From Paraglomus brasilianum (lineage: Eukaryota): 37,508 nt of DNA. The notes under the pieces were generated by a model that saw nothing but the letters and a program-made list of their open reading frames with translations, had not been told where the DNA came from and did no database searches. The DNA is taken from NCBI GenBank assembly GCA_910592345.1, contig CAJVPI010000272.1:1-37508 (forward strand), in the 5' to 3' direction. The position numbers and the translations under genes are program-made. Position 1 is the first letter of the stretch. Every line of letters starts with the position of its first letter. Positions 1-11,865 of this stretch are shown one piece after another.

Positions 1-108
1 GACATATGTCCATTTGGAATGGACACAAATTCCCATCTGACATATGTCCATTCCGAATGGACATATGTCTATTCCGAATGGACATAAATTCCAAATGGAC
101 ATACAACA
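1..108. mobile_element. Right end of a short repeat element built of GACATATGTCCATT(C/T) units, ending TACAACA (truncated by window start)
   Basis: Repeated GACATATGTC units; ends TCCAAATGGACATACAACA, matching the end of the copy at 31879-31982 (TCCAAACTGACATACAACA). Confidence 0.6.
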
Positions 109-478
109 GTCACACCTTTATTTGCCATAAATTGAACCACCCTGAACAATCTAAAACATTATAGACTGGGTTTAAAATAATAGTCCCATGAATAACATTT
201 GAAAATCGTAAGTTACTTGAAACGAGGGAAAAGCTATTAAAATACTCTTACAATTACGATAAGAGATTTATTAAGAATTCATGGGAAATAAAAAATTACT
301 TGCAAAAATATTTGTTAACGCTATTTTGCATGGTCGAACTTGAATTTCGCAATTGCTTGGCAAGACTAAAAATTGTGAATTAATGGTTTATATTGGACAT
401 ATCCTTGTTTAATTCTAAAGCCAAAAAAAAAAAGTCTTGCAACTGTTTACTGGATAAATAATATTACTAATTTACTTT

Positions 479-708
479 GGCCTTCTCAACAACTCGATGC
501 CCCGATCAAATTTGGAAATTATTACCTTAAATAGTAAGGGCATTGACTAAATTGGAAATTGTTTATTTTCACATGAACCTGACTTGTTCACACGCACGAA
601 TTCTATCTGCACCCAAAACCTAAATACAGTATTACTCTATTTAGAAAGGCTGTTGAGAACTGCCCTACTTGTACACGTTTCCAAATTTGATCGGGGCTTG
701 AGAAGGCC
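479..708. mobile_element. ~230-bp MITE with ~31-bp terminal inverted repeats (possibly PIF/Harbinger-Tourist-like)
   Basis: Left GGCCTTCTCAA(+9 nt insert)GCCCCGATCAAATTTGGAAA (479-518) is the reverse complement of TTTCCAAATTTGATCGGGGCTTGAGAAGGCC (678-708). No clean TSD; superfamily is a guess from the GGCC termini. Confidence 0.7.
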
Positions 709-1549
709 CTTATTAACTCAATTCTCGACGTATTTTAAAAGGTAAAACTAGGATATAAATTTTTTGGGGCTTCGCCCCCGTATTGTATTGGATATTCAAA
801 TCCTAAGTAGTAGTGCAAATTCGTATTTATTATTCGATATGGACCATGAATAATAGTATTCGTTATTGTAAATTATTTATAGTAATAGAAGGAATGTTGT
901 TTAATTTAATATAATTTATTATTCTTTGTTATAGTTTGGAATATCTAAATTAGTCGCTGCTAGGTCAGAAATTTTTTAGCTATATTAGATGAACGCAGTT
1001 CTCGCTTTACAGGTTGCTTTTATGTTTTCGAAGATTTAACGGCAGAATGTTGATGCGTTATCTGAATCAGTGACAGATCATTTTTGCTATTTTAGTAGAG
1101 ATTGACCAATAACATTTTGTCATCTTCATTAGTCAAACATGCTACTTACGATTTATGATTTATTGGCATTTAAACAATTGTTTATACGTCTTTATATCAT
1201 TGATGATTTTATTTGATGATTTAGAAAAAAGACGATATTACTGTAAGATATTTAGACCGACACCCAAATCCTATTGGGCGAGTATAGTAAGTAATGACCA
1301 CTGCCAACCAATGAGACAGTATAGATAATGCTAATGTTGCCGAAACGTATGCCCATTTTTTTTTTCAGCAGGATCGTTGTATAGGGTCCAAATTAATTAG
1401 TGGAGCGGCTGCATCTAACTCATTGTTTTCCTTTAATCATTCTTACGAGGAGTGCCGGAATGTCTATGCAAATAACAATGGAATAGAGTTTGAGACTTTA
1501 TCGTCACTTTGATCGGTTAATCAGCATTGAATGTCAGTGTACGATCTTG

Positions 1550-2556
1550 GTATTTGTCTGCCTTCAATATATCGTCGGCGGGATCACTGCGTACTTCACG
1601 TTAATGTATTATGCTCCTTCCTGCCAGTCTTTATTCTCCATTTCTTCGTTATTATCATAGTCGTAGAGAGGAAAGATTTGTATAAGTCGGATATTTTTAT
1701 CATGTAGTCGTTGTTATCAGGAGAGAATTCAAATGCCACTGCATATTACATTCCTCTCCTTCACCATATCTTTGCATATGGATTGATTCTTGGAGGAAGT
1801 GTATATCTACGCACAAGTAAGCTTTTGGGTTCAACTATAGATGTTCTATGAGCATACTCACTTGTCAAAGCGAAACTTTTGATGTAATTTGGGATCTACG
1901 AAAATGTCTGGCTCAATTTGGCCGTACTTGGAGATGATAACTTCGAATGAAGAGTTATATTGATCGAGAAGATAGATGTAAATACAATGTCCATACATCA
2001 GACTACAAATACTTTAATGGCTATCATACATTATGCTCTTGTCCGGGTGGCGTGACTGTAACAAATTGTTCCGTGTTATTTTGTTCTAAAACCGTAAGGA
2101 TGCCTTCTTGAAAAACTACGGGATTGTTCATAAGCGACCTAACGTCTATGATTAAAAAATTAGTTAATGTGATCGAAATATTTCAATCCATCATGAGGCT
2201 TGGCTCAAAAACGTTCGTATACACCATTAAATACATCATTAACTTCTCCTGGAGGACTATCTAGTAAGAATTTTGTGATTATTTCCAATGTCTTTTCGTC
2301 GCTCAGGAAAGCTATTATGCAAAATAAAAAGAGTGGTCAGCATGCTGTTAGTGGGCCGCTCTTGGTTCGACTGTGGATTGAAGGATGGTGGGTTGTCTTG
2401 AGAAGAAGCTCGAAACTGCATTGGATAACGGAGAGGTTGTGGAGTGGTGGTATTAGGTGATGTAGGCACGGAAGAAGAGGTGGGATAGAGTCGTCGTCTT
2501 TGTAATTGGTGCGAACTACGCCAAGAAAAATGCCGGTATTTTTTTCGTACAATCAT
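1550..2556 (-). pseudogene. Decayed protein-coding sequence, family not recognised
   Basis: Manual minus-strand translation gives protein-like stretches broken by stops and frameshifts (YIYLLDQYNSSFEVIISKYGQIEPDIFVDPKLHQKFRFDK; LPPRINPYAKIW*RRGM*YAVAFEFSPDNNDYMIKISDL; WQEGA*YINVKYAVIPP). Boundaries approximate. Confidence 0.4.
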
Positions 2557-3129
2557 TATCTATTATCACACAGAAAGTTTAAGTCATGTAGCTAAAACCT
2601 TTGTGATATGCTGCGTTGTAAGACGAATTTTTAGAGCATTAAGTGGTATAGTATATAAAATCCAGCGCGAAGATCTACACGATAAACGGGTATTTGAAAG
2701 TGCGAAAATTGAATAAGGAAGAGAACGACTTGACGAACGAATAAGCATCAAAAGAAGTTAGTTGCTATGCATAGTAATAGCGTTGGAAATGTACCTTATG
2801 CTAATAAGTTGAGACATTATGACTATGATTAATAATAGCTGGTAAATAGGAAGGAAAGTTTGAAAAAACTAACCTACACATGCTCCTGCAAGACGTTCTC
2901 CTAGCCATTACAGTATTTTATAGACATTTTGTTTCTTCTATTACGCGAAATACTGCTTTACTTTTTGAATGCTGTCATCTTGTTTCACTTACTAGACACA
3001 CATATCATTGTGAATGTACCGCCAAGTAGTGCAATTGCTCTCGGAAACGACGATAACATGCAATCTTGCATCTGATCTCGTTATCGATAAAAACGCCATG
3101 TCAAACAAGGGAACGCAAAACAATCACAA

Positions 3130-4885
3130 ATAATGTCTTATCATCAGTATCAATACGTTACACGTCAACATCTTGTAGTTGTTGTGTCTGAGTTCGGGGC
3201 CTGTCAACCCAGTCACTCAGTCCAGAACTGAGACAGGTCCCTGATTGAGGTACAACAATATCACGAATACGTTATTATAAGAATTGTTACAATTAAAAAC
3301 TGTGGCCTACCGCATCGCATTCTTGATAAGTGTTACTGTAATACAAGTCTTTTAAAACATTGCTAATTTTAAATCGGTCATTTTCATCAACACCGTAAAT
3401 AAAAAATTGTTTAGATTGCCTTGTTCTTACCATTTTTTGGACATTACAAACTATCTTTTATTATGGCAAAGGGTGTAGCTATACAATGCGTTTATCGAAT
3501 TGTACGCTTATTGGCGAACGTTTATTTTATAAGACAATGAATAGATTGATGAGAAAAAGGTAACAAATAAACATAATTGAACACACGGCGTAGATCAATG
3601 TGTGTAAAATGTAAATGAACTGTTAAAAAGAGATTTTAATTGGTCGTTCAAACCAATCGTGATATGATAATCACTCCGTATTAGTTTGTGTAATATAAAT
3701 ACTACAGCATTACATAATGAGAGCAAGAAAACAGCAGTATGAAAATACCTAATATGGATAATCATTAAAATATTGTCACTTAAACTAGCCAAATTAAGCG
3801 ATATCTGCAACTTGATCGCCTGCATATTTTCAATCAAGAACAGTGCTTATCGATTGTGCTTGCTTCTTAGTATAATCCAGACGCTTCACACACTATATCT
3901 GCTGTTAAATATTACGCTACTGGCTGGCGGACAAACACTCCGATTATTAGTCATTGCTTTCAGTTATAGATACACGTATTAAATAGTTCAAGGTTTAGGC
4001 ATGACATTACAATATATTCGTTGGAAAGAACGACCGAGCACCCTCATCTGTGTCACTACTAACAAACACTGGCGTCCTGCACCAAAATTTTTTTGGTTGA
4101 ATGCATACAAACTTGAATGAGGATCTTACTGCAGAACTGATATGCATTCAAGACAACTAATTCAAGACGAGCACAGTCCTTTTGATCGTCTAAACTTAAA
4201 CCAAAAAAAAGTTCAGCCTTTCCATGCAGCACATCATGATTGCATTGTCTGAAAAGAAATAGTAATTGACTAGGTCAATGAATAAAGCCGTGCAACATAT
4301 TTAACAGTTTCATATGACGTTTTTCGTCTGACGACAATTCAACAACACTTGCTGTGGAAGCCTAAAAATACACGTATCTAATTTTATCAGCTACATTGTT
4401 ATCTCGACTTTTTTGGTCAAGTGTTACGCTTTATAGTAATTAAATTTTGTGTGCAATGTCTAAAGTAGCTACAGTTGATATCGGCTATAACGCTTGTCTT
4501 CATCGTATAGCTTCTTTGAATATACAAATGCAATATTGAAATAAATCATTTGCTTCAACTTTAACAGTATTACAACACAAACTCTGTCTTTTTTCAGTCG
4601 ATGAAACTGCGTTTTGCATAGCGTTTGATCCAATAACACAATCAAATAAAGTGAATTATTCATTGTTTGCGCTGCACGTTTATTTTGACTTCTTTTTATT
4701 AGTCAATTAATTTTTAGACACTGTTGAAATAATCCTTGTCTTCCCTAAGCCTCAGAACAAGAAACTTCTTATTCTAGTTATATCGCGAATGCCAAGCATT
4801 GACTGTCTATTTTTAACTCTTGCTTACTCCGGTAGTTAAACTATTGTTTGATATTGTGTAACTTATTGTGTGCCTTCCTCGCTTT
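3130..4885 (+). promoter_or_regulatory. Orphan copy of the ~1.5-2 kb upstream region of the SOD-like-fold genes, truncated just before the TATA box
   Basis: Colinear blocks shared with ~7970-9360, ~12500-14750 and the reverse complement of ~18490-20100. Ends at ...GCCTTCCTCGCTTT, where gene-bearing copies continue CACAGCTATATAAA. Confidence 0.7.
3180..3257 (+). mobile_element. 78-bp TGTTG...CAACA element (family A), inserted in the duplicated upstream region
   Basis: Termini TGTTGTGTCTGAG / GTACAACA; core AGAACTGAGACAGGTCCC shared with 17236-17348 and, reversed, the start of 20385; absent from paralogous sites near 12545 and 20050. Confidence 0.7.
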
Positions 4886-5999
4886 ATTACTCGGAATACT
4901 GCTTTCCTTTTCGAATGATTACCTAGTGCAATCGCTCTCGGAACGACGATAACATACAATCTTATCTGATCCCGTTATCGGTAAAAAACGCCGCGTAAAC
5001 AAGGAATCAGAGATGCATACACTTTTTATGGAGCAATTTGATAAGAGATTGCATATTTTCGTGCGTGGTATGTAATGAATCTTTCCGGTATCTTTGCAAT
5101 TTGCTCCGATCACCGAAAATGTGATATGTTTTGATGTTCTGTTTTGGAAATCTTTGGGCTCGAGAATGAATTACCTAAAACAATGTGTAGGGGACGATAT
5201 ACATCTGATTGATCGATTACCAAAGCAGAGTCAGGTACTTGCAGGTACTGTACTCGAATCAATGAATGAGACAACACTAAAGGAAATGGCTATGAAAGAC
5301 GTAAGATTACTTAATAAGATGTATTACATCGAATTGTTGTACAAATGTAAATGTCTATTTTTGGTTACGTTCGCTCGACGCTGATCTAAAGTCACGACAA
5401 CATACATCGAAACAAAGCCTTTGATCTAATATGTAACAACTGACTTTTAAGCATTCTAATTTTTTTTTTTACAATAAACCTTTTTGAATTAGTGTGTCGG
5501 CATAATATAAAGTCAATTTGCAATGACATAATCTAAACTGACAGAGAACAAACACGCACAACAAACAAATACCGGTCGGTGCATGTTCTTAAATGCGTCG
5601 TTACCTTTTAGGAAAATTATATTGAGAATGAACTTGTTTACGAACGAGTTATCTAAACAAGGCAAGGACAACTAAAAATAAACAACGCGAATAAAAATAA
5701 TCGACTCTGTGAGAAAGTAACAAAATTTTCATACTAAAATCAGGATGCCATTTTGATAATGTATTGTTGTCATGAGTTTCTCATTTCTTTTAACCGAGTA
5801 TATGAGGTACCCTTTTTGGCAAAAACGTTAGTATGAGAATACTTCGTGTGCTATTTTTAGCCTGCCGAGTGGAAAGATCAAGAACACTTTCTAAAAAAAA
5901 AGTTGCAATGCTTTATATGGAAATTCTACGTGCGTCTATGACAATAAATGCCTGAGGTATTGGATATATACAATAGTAATATAGGAGCAATTCAGTTGC

Positions 6000-6015
6000 T
6001 CACAGCTATATAAAC
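6000..6015 (+). promoter_or_regulatory. TATA-box core promoter of the KEP gene
   Basis: TCACAGCTATATAAAC 70 nt upstream of ATG 6085; identical 16-mer at 14737-14752. Confidence 0.7.
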
Positions 6016-6084
6016 CATCCTTTCCGCCCTCCTTCATTCCTCATCAACGCAAATACGTTGTCTCGAATACAATCTGAAATAAGC

Positions 6085-6555
6085 ATGACTGCCTATACTC
6101 AACTGTTGCTTGTAGCATTTATTGCTCTCTTCTTTATTCAATTCAACGAAGCATTGCCTGCATCCGACTCTGCCCTCGAAGAACGCTGGAAGGATCCATA
6201 CTATTACTGTTGTTACTACTACTATAATGATAAGAGTGACAAACGGGGTCTTGAAAGAAGATGGGAAAACAAATGTGATGAATACAAACCAGACAAGAGA
6301 GGTTTAGCTGAACGAAATGATGAATTGGTTAAACGTTGGGGCAAGCCATCCTACTACTGCTGCTACTATTATTACGATGAAGACTCCAAGAAACGAGGAT
6401 TGGAAGCACGCAGCTTGGAACAACGCTGGGATGATAATTGCAAAGTCAATAAGCCCGACAAGAGAAGCGAGAAACGTTGGGATGAATGTAAACCAGAAAA
6501 ACGTGGTTTAGAAAAGAGGTGGGATCCGTACTGTTGTTGTTATGAATATGAATAA
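6085..6555 (+). CDS. Secreted Kex2-processed repeat protein (KEP), 156 aa, precursor of Trp-initial Tyr/Cys-rich peptides
   Basis: ATG at 6085 (the ORF-track TTG start at 6058 is upstream). Hydrophobic signal peptide MTAYTQLLLVAFIALFFIQFNEA, then repeats split by KR/RR/LxxR: WKDPYYYCCYYYYNDKSD, WENKCDEYKPD, WGKPSYYCCYYYYDEDSK, WDDNCKVNKPD, WDECKPE, WDPYCCCYEYE. Intronless. Confidence 0.9.
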   Translation: MTAYTQLLLVAFIALFFIQFNEALPASDSALEERWKDPYYYCCYYYYNDKSDKRGLERRWENKCDEYKPDKRGLAERNDELVKRWGKPSYYCCYYYYDEDSKKRGLEARSLEQRWDDNCKVNKPDKRSEKRWDECKPEKRGLEKRWDPYCCCYEYE

Positions 6556-7304
6556 AGTAAGTAAAGTTTTCTTTCATTGTATTATACAATTAAATCAATA
6601 ATAAGATTTCTAATCAACTTGACTCTGGTTTTTTTTTCATAGTTGAGCAACAGATTGTTGAGAAGTAACTCTTTGGTTACTATTTTGAGTCACATCATTT
6701 TTTAAATTAGGCCTTTTGAATTAAGTTATTTTATTCTGCAATTGCATGTTAACACTAGTGTAAATCAATAAATTATTGGGTATTTTTGCGTGCACGTTAA
6801 CTAAATCGTACCTAAAATTGTTGAATGTAAATTTACCGAACAATGTGTGTACATGTCTTTCTTTACAAAGATAATTGAACAAAACAGTATTCGAATTGTT
6901 GTTATTGTCTGCAATATAAAAAGCCTTTAAGTTTGCCAGATTTGTTACAAAACATCGATTTGACTTGCACTTGCCCACGGTAATATTAATAAAGTCACCC
7001 CCGAAGCGGTGGTTACTATCTGGACAATGATTCTAGTTCACATAAACAATTTTCGTTGGTAGTATTTATTATCAAATGAATTTCGTTGACTAAACATGGA
7101 CTTGTTATCTCTGCAATTCTCTCACGTGACATTTTTAAATTCAGAGAAAGCAATACATTTCGGTTTAAGTATACTGTAAGTATCATAATCAAGCTAATTA
7201 ATTTCTAAACCCTAATCAACCATGTTATAGTGCTAATAACAACGAACATATTCATTTTGGTAATATAAATATCTTTTGTTCGACTGTAGTACTGAGATTT
7301 TATG

Positions 7305-7457
7305 GGGTCCGGTTCATTTCATCGACAATCATTTCACCGACAGTACGTTTCACCGACATAAATTTCATCGAAAACCAATGAACAATGTGTCATGTGAAGT
7401 GACTGTCGGTGAAGTGTACTGTCGATGAAATGATTGTCGATGAAATAAATGCCTCCC
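7305..7457. mobile_element. Mutator-like MITE, copy 1 (153 bp)
   Basis: Long inverted arms ATTTCATCGACAATCATTTCACCGACAG / CTGTCGATGAAATGATTGTCGATGAAAT; ends GGGTCCG...TGCCTCCC; imperfect 9-bp TSD GATTTTATG/GATTTTGTT; second copy at 31404-31569. Confidence 0.8.
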
Positions 7458-8807
7458 GATTTTGTTAGCATGTATTACCATTAACCGGCTTATAATGCAA
7501 TGAATGCTATTTCGATATTATAAGGTTGTTCGGATAAACTAACTCATAATCATAGTAAGAGTCAGGGTCAAGAACGTTACGACATGCGGAAAGGGGTGAG
7601 AGTATGAACAGTGACTGCGATACTACGATACTAGCATACCCCTTCGCCAGTGATGTTGCATTATCAACAATCGCATTGATTATTGTTTGTGTCAACGTAA
7701 TCAGACTATTTAAATCTCGTTGTAACGCGAGTCTTGCTAATTTTAAATTGACGTTCGGTTCTACCTTGGTCTTATCACCTGTCATCAACAATGTGAAATG
7801 TGATGACTTGTATGTGCTCAACACTCGATTCAACTATTTGCCATTCACGCATGCAAGAGCTAGTTCCTTTACTATAATAAAGACAGCTTGTACAATAATA
7901 TTTTGTTATCTACAAAATCAGTAAAAGGCAAGCCGAGTGTTTGTGGATTGCATTCTTAGTGGCAAACGAAAATAATAGCTGACAGTAACAAATAAACAAA
8001 GACACCAAATGCAAGATAATCACAATGGAGAATGTGTACATGAAATGTGTTACGCAAAAAAAGTAAAAAAACAATAGTATGAAAATACCTAATATGGATG
8101 ATCGTAACCAAATATTTGTACTGCGGCGGAAAATATGGAATATTACAGACAGTTACTATTTCGCATAATACACTAACGTATTTGACTGTGCTTATCGATT
8201 GTACAGTACATTAGCTCTGGTGAAAAACTCGTAGATTTAAGCAAGGCATAAACACATATTCGTTGTATGTGTCGGGACCAAAAACACTGGCGTACTGCTT
8301 TGGAGGCAAAACTGAACGGATATTCTTAGACAATTGAAAGGAGAACAAACACAAGCGCAATGCCCAAATCAAACCAAATATTTCTAATTGACTGCATGCG
8401 TTCAAACAATATGTGCTCAGCCTTTCTCGTCATTCGATTTTTAATTTTGGAATGTAGCCTACTATAATAGACATTAATCCTGATACAAAAATACAGAATG
8501 AGCGCTTCGTGATTGCATTGTCTGCAAATAAATAGTAAATAACCTGGTCATGAATGAAGCTGTACAACAAATTTAACAGGTTTTAGTTGACATTTTTAGC
8601 CTGACAACAATTTAATGACATTTCCTTGTGTAAACCTGAAAATGCGTATATCCTATTTTTATCACCCCCCATTGCACCTCTTACCTTTTTCGGCCAAAAT
8701 CTATATTTAAAATTAATTAAGTGTTACGTTTTATAGTAGCCACTTTGACTAATTCGGGTCAAATTTGTAAAGTTCGAGACTAACTGCGGTTGGTATCAAC
8801 GAGAACG

Positions 8808-8908
8808 TTTGTCTTTTACTGTATAATTTATTTGAGCAAGCTTGTCTTTTACTGTATAATTTATTGAGTAAGCTTGTCTTTTACTGTATAATTTATTTGA
8901 GTAAGCTT
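8808..8908 (+). repeat. Tandem repeat, ~34-bp unit x3
   Basis: TTGTCTTTTACTGTATAATTTATT(T)GAG(C/T)AAGC three times head to tail; single copy at the paralogous upstream sites (~14410, ~18810 reverse). Confidence 0.85.
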
Positions 8909-9346
8909 TCTTTTCGTCATTAATACGAGTTTGAGCGCAGTTATTGAAATTATTCGTTTCAACGATAACAGCAATATAACATAGACTCGGGTCGCCTTAA
9001 AAATACATTTACCGCTGCAAAAAAACTCTCTTTAATCCAGTGCACAGTTTATCAGTGCAACTGTTTATTCGTATCGCATTCGAGTCAATAACACATCTAA
9101 TAATAAATAAACTCATCCGCCGTTCACTGCCGCACGCATTAATTTGACGGTTTTCTATTGGTCTGATTTAAATTTAGATAATGTTTGAGGAGTAACGCCC
9201 CGTCTTGTCTGTGTACGCGACCTTTTGTCTATATTGTCAATACATTTGTTCTACTAAACCTTCGCTGTCTATTTTTAACTCGTGTATATTCCGTAGTTTA
9301 TAATACTGTTTGATATTGTGTGATATGTTGTGAGCTTTCCTCGTTC

Positions 9347-9361
9347 TCACTGCTATATAAA
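9347..9361 (+). promoter_or_regulatory. TATA-box core promoter of SOD-like-fold gene 1
   Basis: TCACTGCTATATAAA ~130 nt upstream of ATG 9492. Confidence 0.65.
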
Positions 9362-9491
9362 GGGGGGGATCCAAGCTCTTTTTCCACATTGCTCAGGCAA
9401 CGAATTGACGACTTTACAAGAACAAGCTTACAGCAATCGATCCATCTTATAACGATACAATTTACTCTTGCGCTTATTCGAAAACGAAAAC

Positions 9492-10046
9492 ATGAACAAA
9501 ATCGCCTGCTTGATCTTTCTCTTGGTTACCCTTCTCGCCGTGATCTCTAAGCCAGCTGCAGCTGCCGGACTCGAGAAAAGATGGGATAACTGCTGCCCTG
9601 TTGCTCTCTGTGTATTCAAAAAGGGTAGCAGTTTCGACCGACGCAAGACTAAACGTAATACAGACCTGTTTAATGGATTTATTCAATTCACGGAAACGTT
9701 CAACAACCAGTTATATATCAGCGGTTTCTTGGATGTTGAACACGTTCAGAAGGAGGTCGCGGCTGATGATCTTTCACCTCCATTTGATGTACATGTAAAT
9801 AAATGCAACGACGTAAGCTTTGGTAATATCGAAACCGGCCTTGATTTGGACGATGTCGATGATATTTTCGATCTGCCATTCGTCAAAGTTGTTAGCAATA
9901 AGAAAGTTAGCGATGTTGTTGACCAATGCTGTATTGTAGCAAAGGACAAGGGCACAAGCAATCACAAAGTTTTGGGCGTTGCAAAGGTGAAGCAAGCCAT
10001 AAAGTGTAACCCTAACAGCATTGTTTTAGGCAGCGACTTTAATTAA
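9492..10046 (+). CDS. Secreted Cys-rich protein, paralog 1 (184 aa), Kex2 sites, degenerate Cu/Zn-SOD-like beta-sandwich pattern
   Basis: Signal peptide MNKIACLIFLLVTLLAVISKPAAAA, GLEKR|WDNCC, internal TKR|NTD. Motifs VALCVF, GFIQFTE, ISGFL, DVHV, VVDQCCIV, VLGVAKV echo SOD strands (AVAVL, GTVTFTQ, VTGL, GFHVH, IIGRTLVV, RLACGVI), but most His ligands are absent. The CDS is solid; the fold is inference. Confidence 0.85.
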   Translation: MNKIACLIFLLVTLLAVISKPAAAAGLEKRWDNCCPVALCVFKKGSSFDRRKTKRNTDLFNGFIQFTETFNNQLYISGFLDVEHVQKEVAADDLSPPFDVHVNKCNDVSFGNIETGLDLDDVDDIFDLPFVKVVSNKKVSDVVDQCCIVAKDKGTSNHKVLGVAKVKQAIKCNPNSIVLGSDFN

Positions 10047-11389
10047 ATTGAGCAATAGTAGATAGTCTTTTCTTTGTTGTGCTTAATATTATATTATTCA
10101 ATAATTAGTAAAAGAGCTTTCTGCAACGATTAGGATGTGATATATTTTCATAACAATAAATGGTGTATACTTATTGTGCTCTGTGATTTGATAAACTAAA
10201 TGGTCACTGTATATTGTTACTGCGTATTGTATGTATGGCAAAAGCTTTAGACGGTTAATTATCTAAACGCGCTTAAACTCTCACAATTAAGACATCTCGG
10301 AATTGTGTTATAGTGCTCATTCTTCAAGAGGGTTCAACTTCTTTATTTGTTGCTTCCTTTGCTCGACCAAATTTTCCAATTTACTTCAAACTTAATTATT
10401 GTTTAGAGTAAAGTTAGAGTTTTGTGATAAAGTTTTAGTTTAGCAATAGTATTTATTCATAGTTAATTGGTTTAATTCGCTAATAGTAGACATATTGCAT
10501 AGCAGTGTTCTACTTCTTATTACTAGTCAACAATTAGTTTATATTGTCAGATTGGACTATTTATTCTTGCTCACAGCGGCGGTGAAAAGCGTATTCGAAA
10601 CCATTGTTCTTTATAAATCTTTATTATTGCCTTAAAGTCTTACTCGAATGCGTTAAATGACATGTAGGTAGCTTTGCCGTCGTCGCTAGCAATAATAAAC
10701 GCTATTAGGTATTTCTTGTCATAGCAATCTTACATTCATCGACTTTTGTAGTTACGTTGCCATTATTTGTAGACCATACGACGTTTATCTAGATGTTATT
10801 AATTTTCACTGTGGTACGAATAAAAGCAGAAAGCACTGACTATGAAAATTTACAAACGTGGAATATTAAAATTCAAAGTTGTATTAATTATTATGCAACA
10901 TACAAGTTTTTCGAACCTTTAAAGACATGTTTATATATTCGTCGCTTTATTCGCATCTTCTGGTTCATGCATGCTACTCTGGGTATATAGAAATTATGTG
11001 CTGTAGCTCGCAAATTTGCGCCATACGGGTAAAAGGATTTATGCACGTGCAGAATGTACAGACACGTGAATCGTTACCGACAAAAATTCTCACGGACAAG
11101 TGATTTGTCACGCAAACCCCGCATGAACCATGAACAAGGGGTGATGTACAGAGTTTAAGGAAAAGTTAACAATAAAAGTGACACAAACATTGGAGGTCTT
11201 CAGACCCGTATTTCCTTATTATTTTTTTTTGTGAAACAGCAAACCGCCCGCTTTGATGGTTTGATGGAGACAAAGACAACGCCCTCATACTTGTCGAAAT
11301 TAGGTAGAATGCTTACAGGTACGCTACCATGTCTTTTTCTATGAACATTCTTGCTGAGAATATCGTAATACAATTATAACTCTTGCTCA

Positions 11390-11610
11390 TTTGTTTTTAA
11401 ACTCTTAGTTGAAGTACTGTTGATACTGTTTGATTTCCTTTCTTTCACTGCTATATAAATTCTCTTCCTCAACAACAAATCGACAACTTCACAAGAACAA
11501 GTCTTACAACGGCAGACCTTTGTTGTAACGATACAAATTACTTGTCTGTCATGGTTACCATTATTGTGTGATCTCTACACCAATTACTGCTGCCAGTTTT
11601 GAAAGGATAG
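11390..11610 (+). pseudogene. Truncated 5' remnant of a SOD-like-fold gene (core promoter, 5'UTR, broken signal peptide)
   Basis: TCACTGCTATATAAA at 11445-11459; UTR ACAAGAACAAGTCTTACA...TAACGATACAA; GTGATCTCTACACCAATTACTGCTGCCAGTTTTGAAAGG (VISTPITAASFER vs VISTPVAAAGLEK in paralog 3); no intact start or body. Confidence 0.75.
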
Positions 11611-11865
11611 CCAGTATAATTTCTATCCTTCGAAAAACAAGTTTATTCCAACCTAATCTTGATCGAACTATGATATTCTCAGTAACTCAACCCCGTCCGT
11701 GTAGTCTTAATACACAGTCAACCATGTTAATATACTTCTTTCGAATGGTCATCAAGTCCCATTTGACGGATAAACGATATACTATATAATGTAGTTATCT
11801 GCTTTCAACTATTAAAATTACACTACTGTGATCAAATTACTTGACTTGTATATAGCTGCCTCATT

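Larger units (their letters stand above)
2941..5005 (+). repeat. Diverged direct repeat (~2941-3110 and ~4887-5005) bracketing the orphan upstream-region copy
   Basis: TTACGCGAAATACTGCTTT...AGTGCAATTGCTCTCGGAAACGACGATAACATGCAATCTT vs TTACTCGGAATACTGCTTT...AGTGCAATCGCTCTCGGAACGACGATAACATACAATCTT. Confidence 0.75.

Noticed and set aside
8808..8908. CRISPR-like appearance of ~34-bp repeats (also 24191-24270 and 1-108)
   Set aside because: Head-to-tail repeats with no unique spacers, eukaryotic context, no cas genes.
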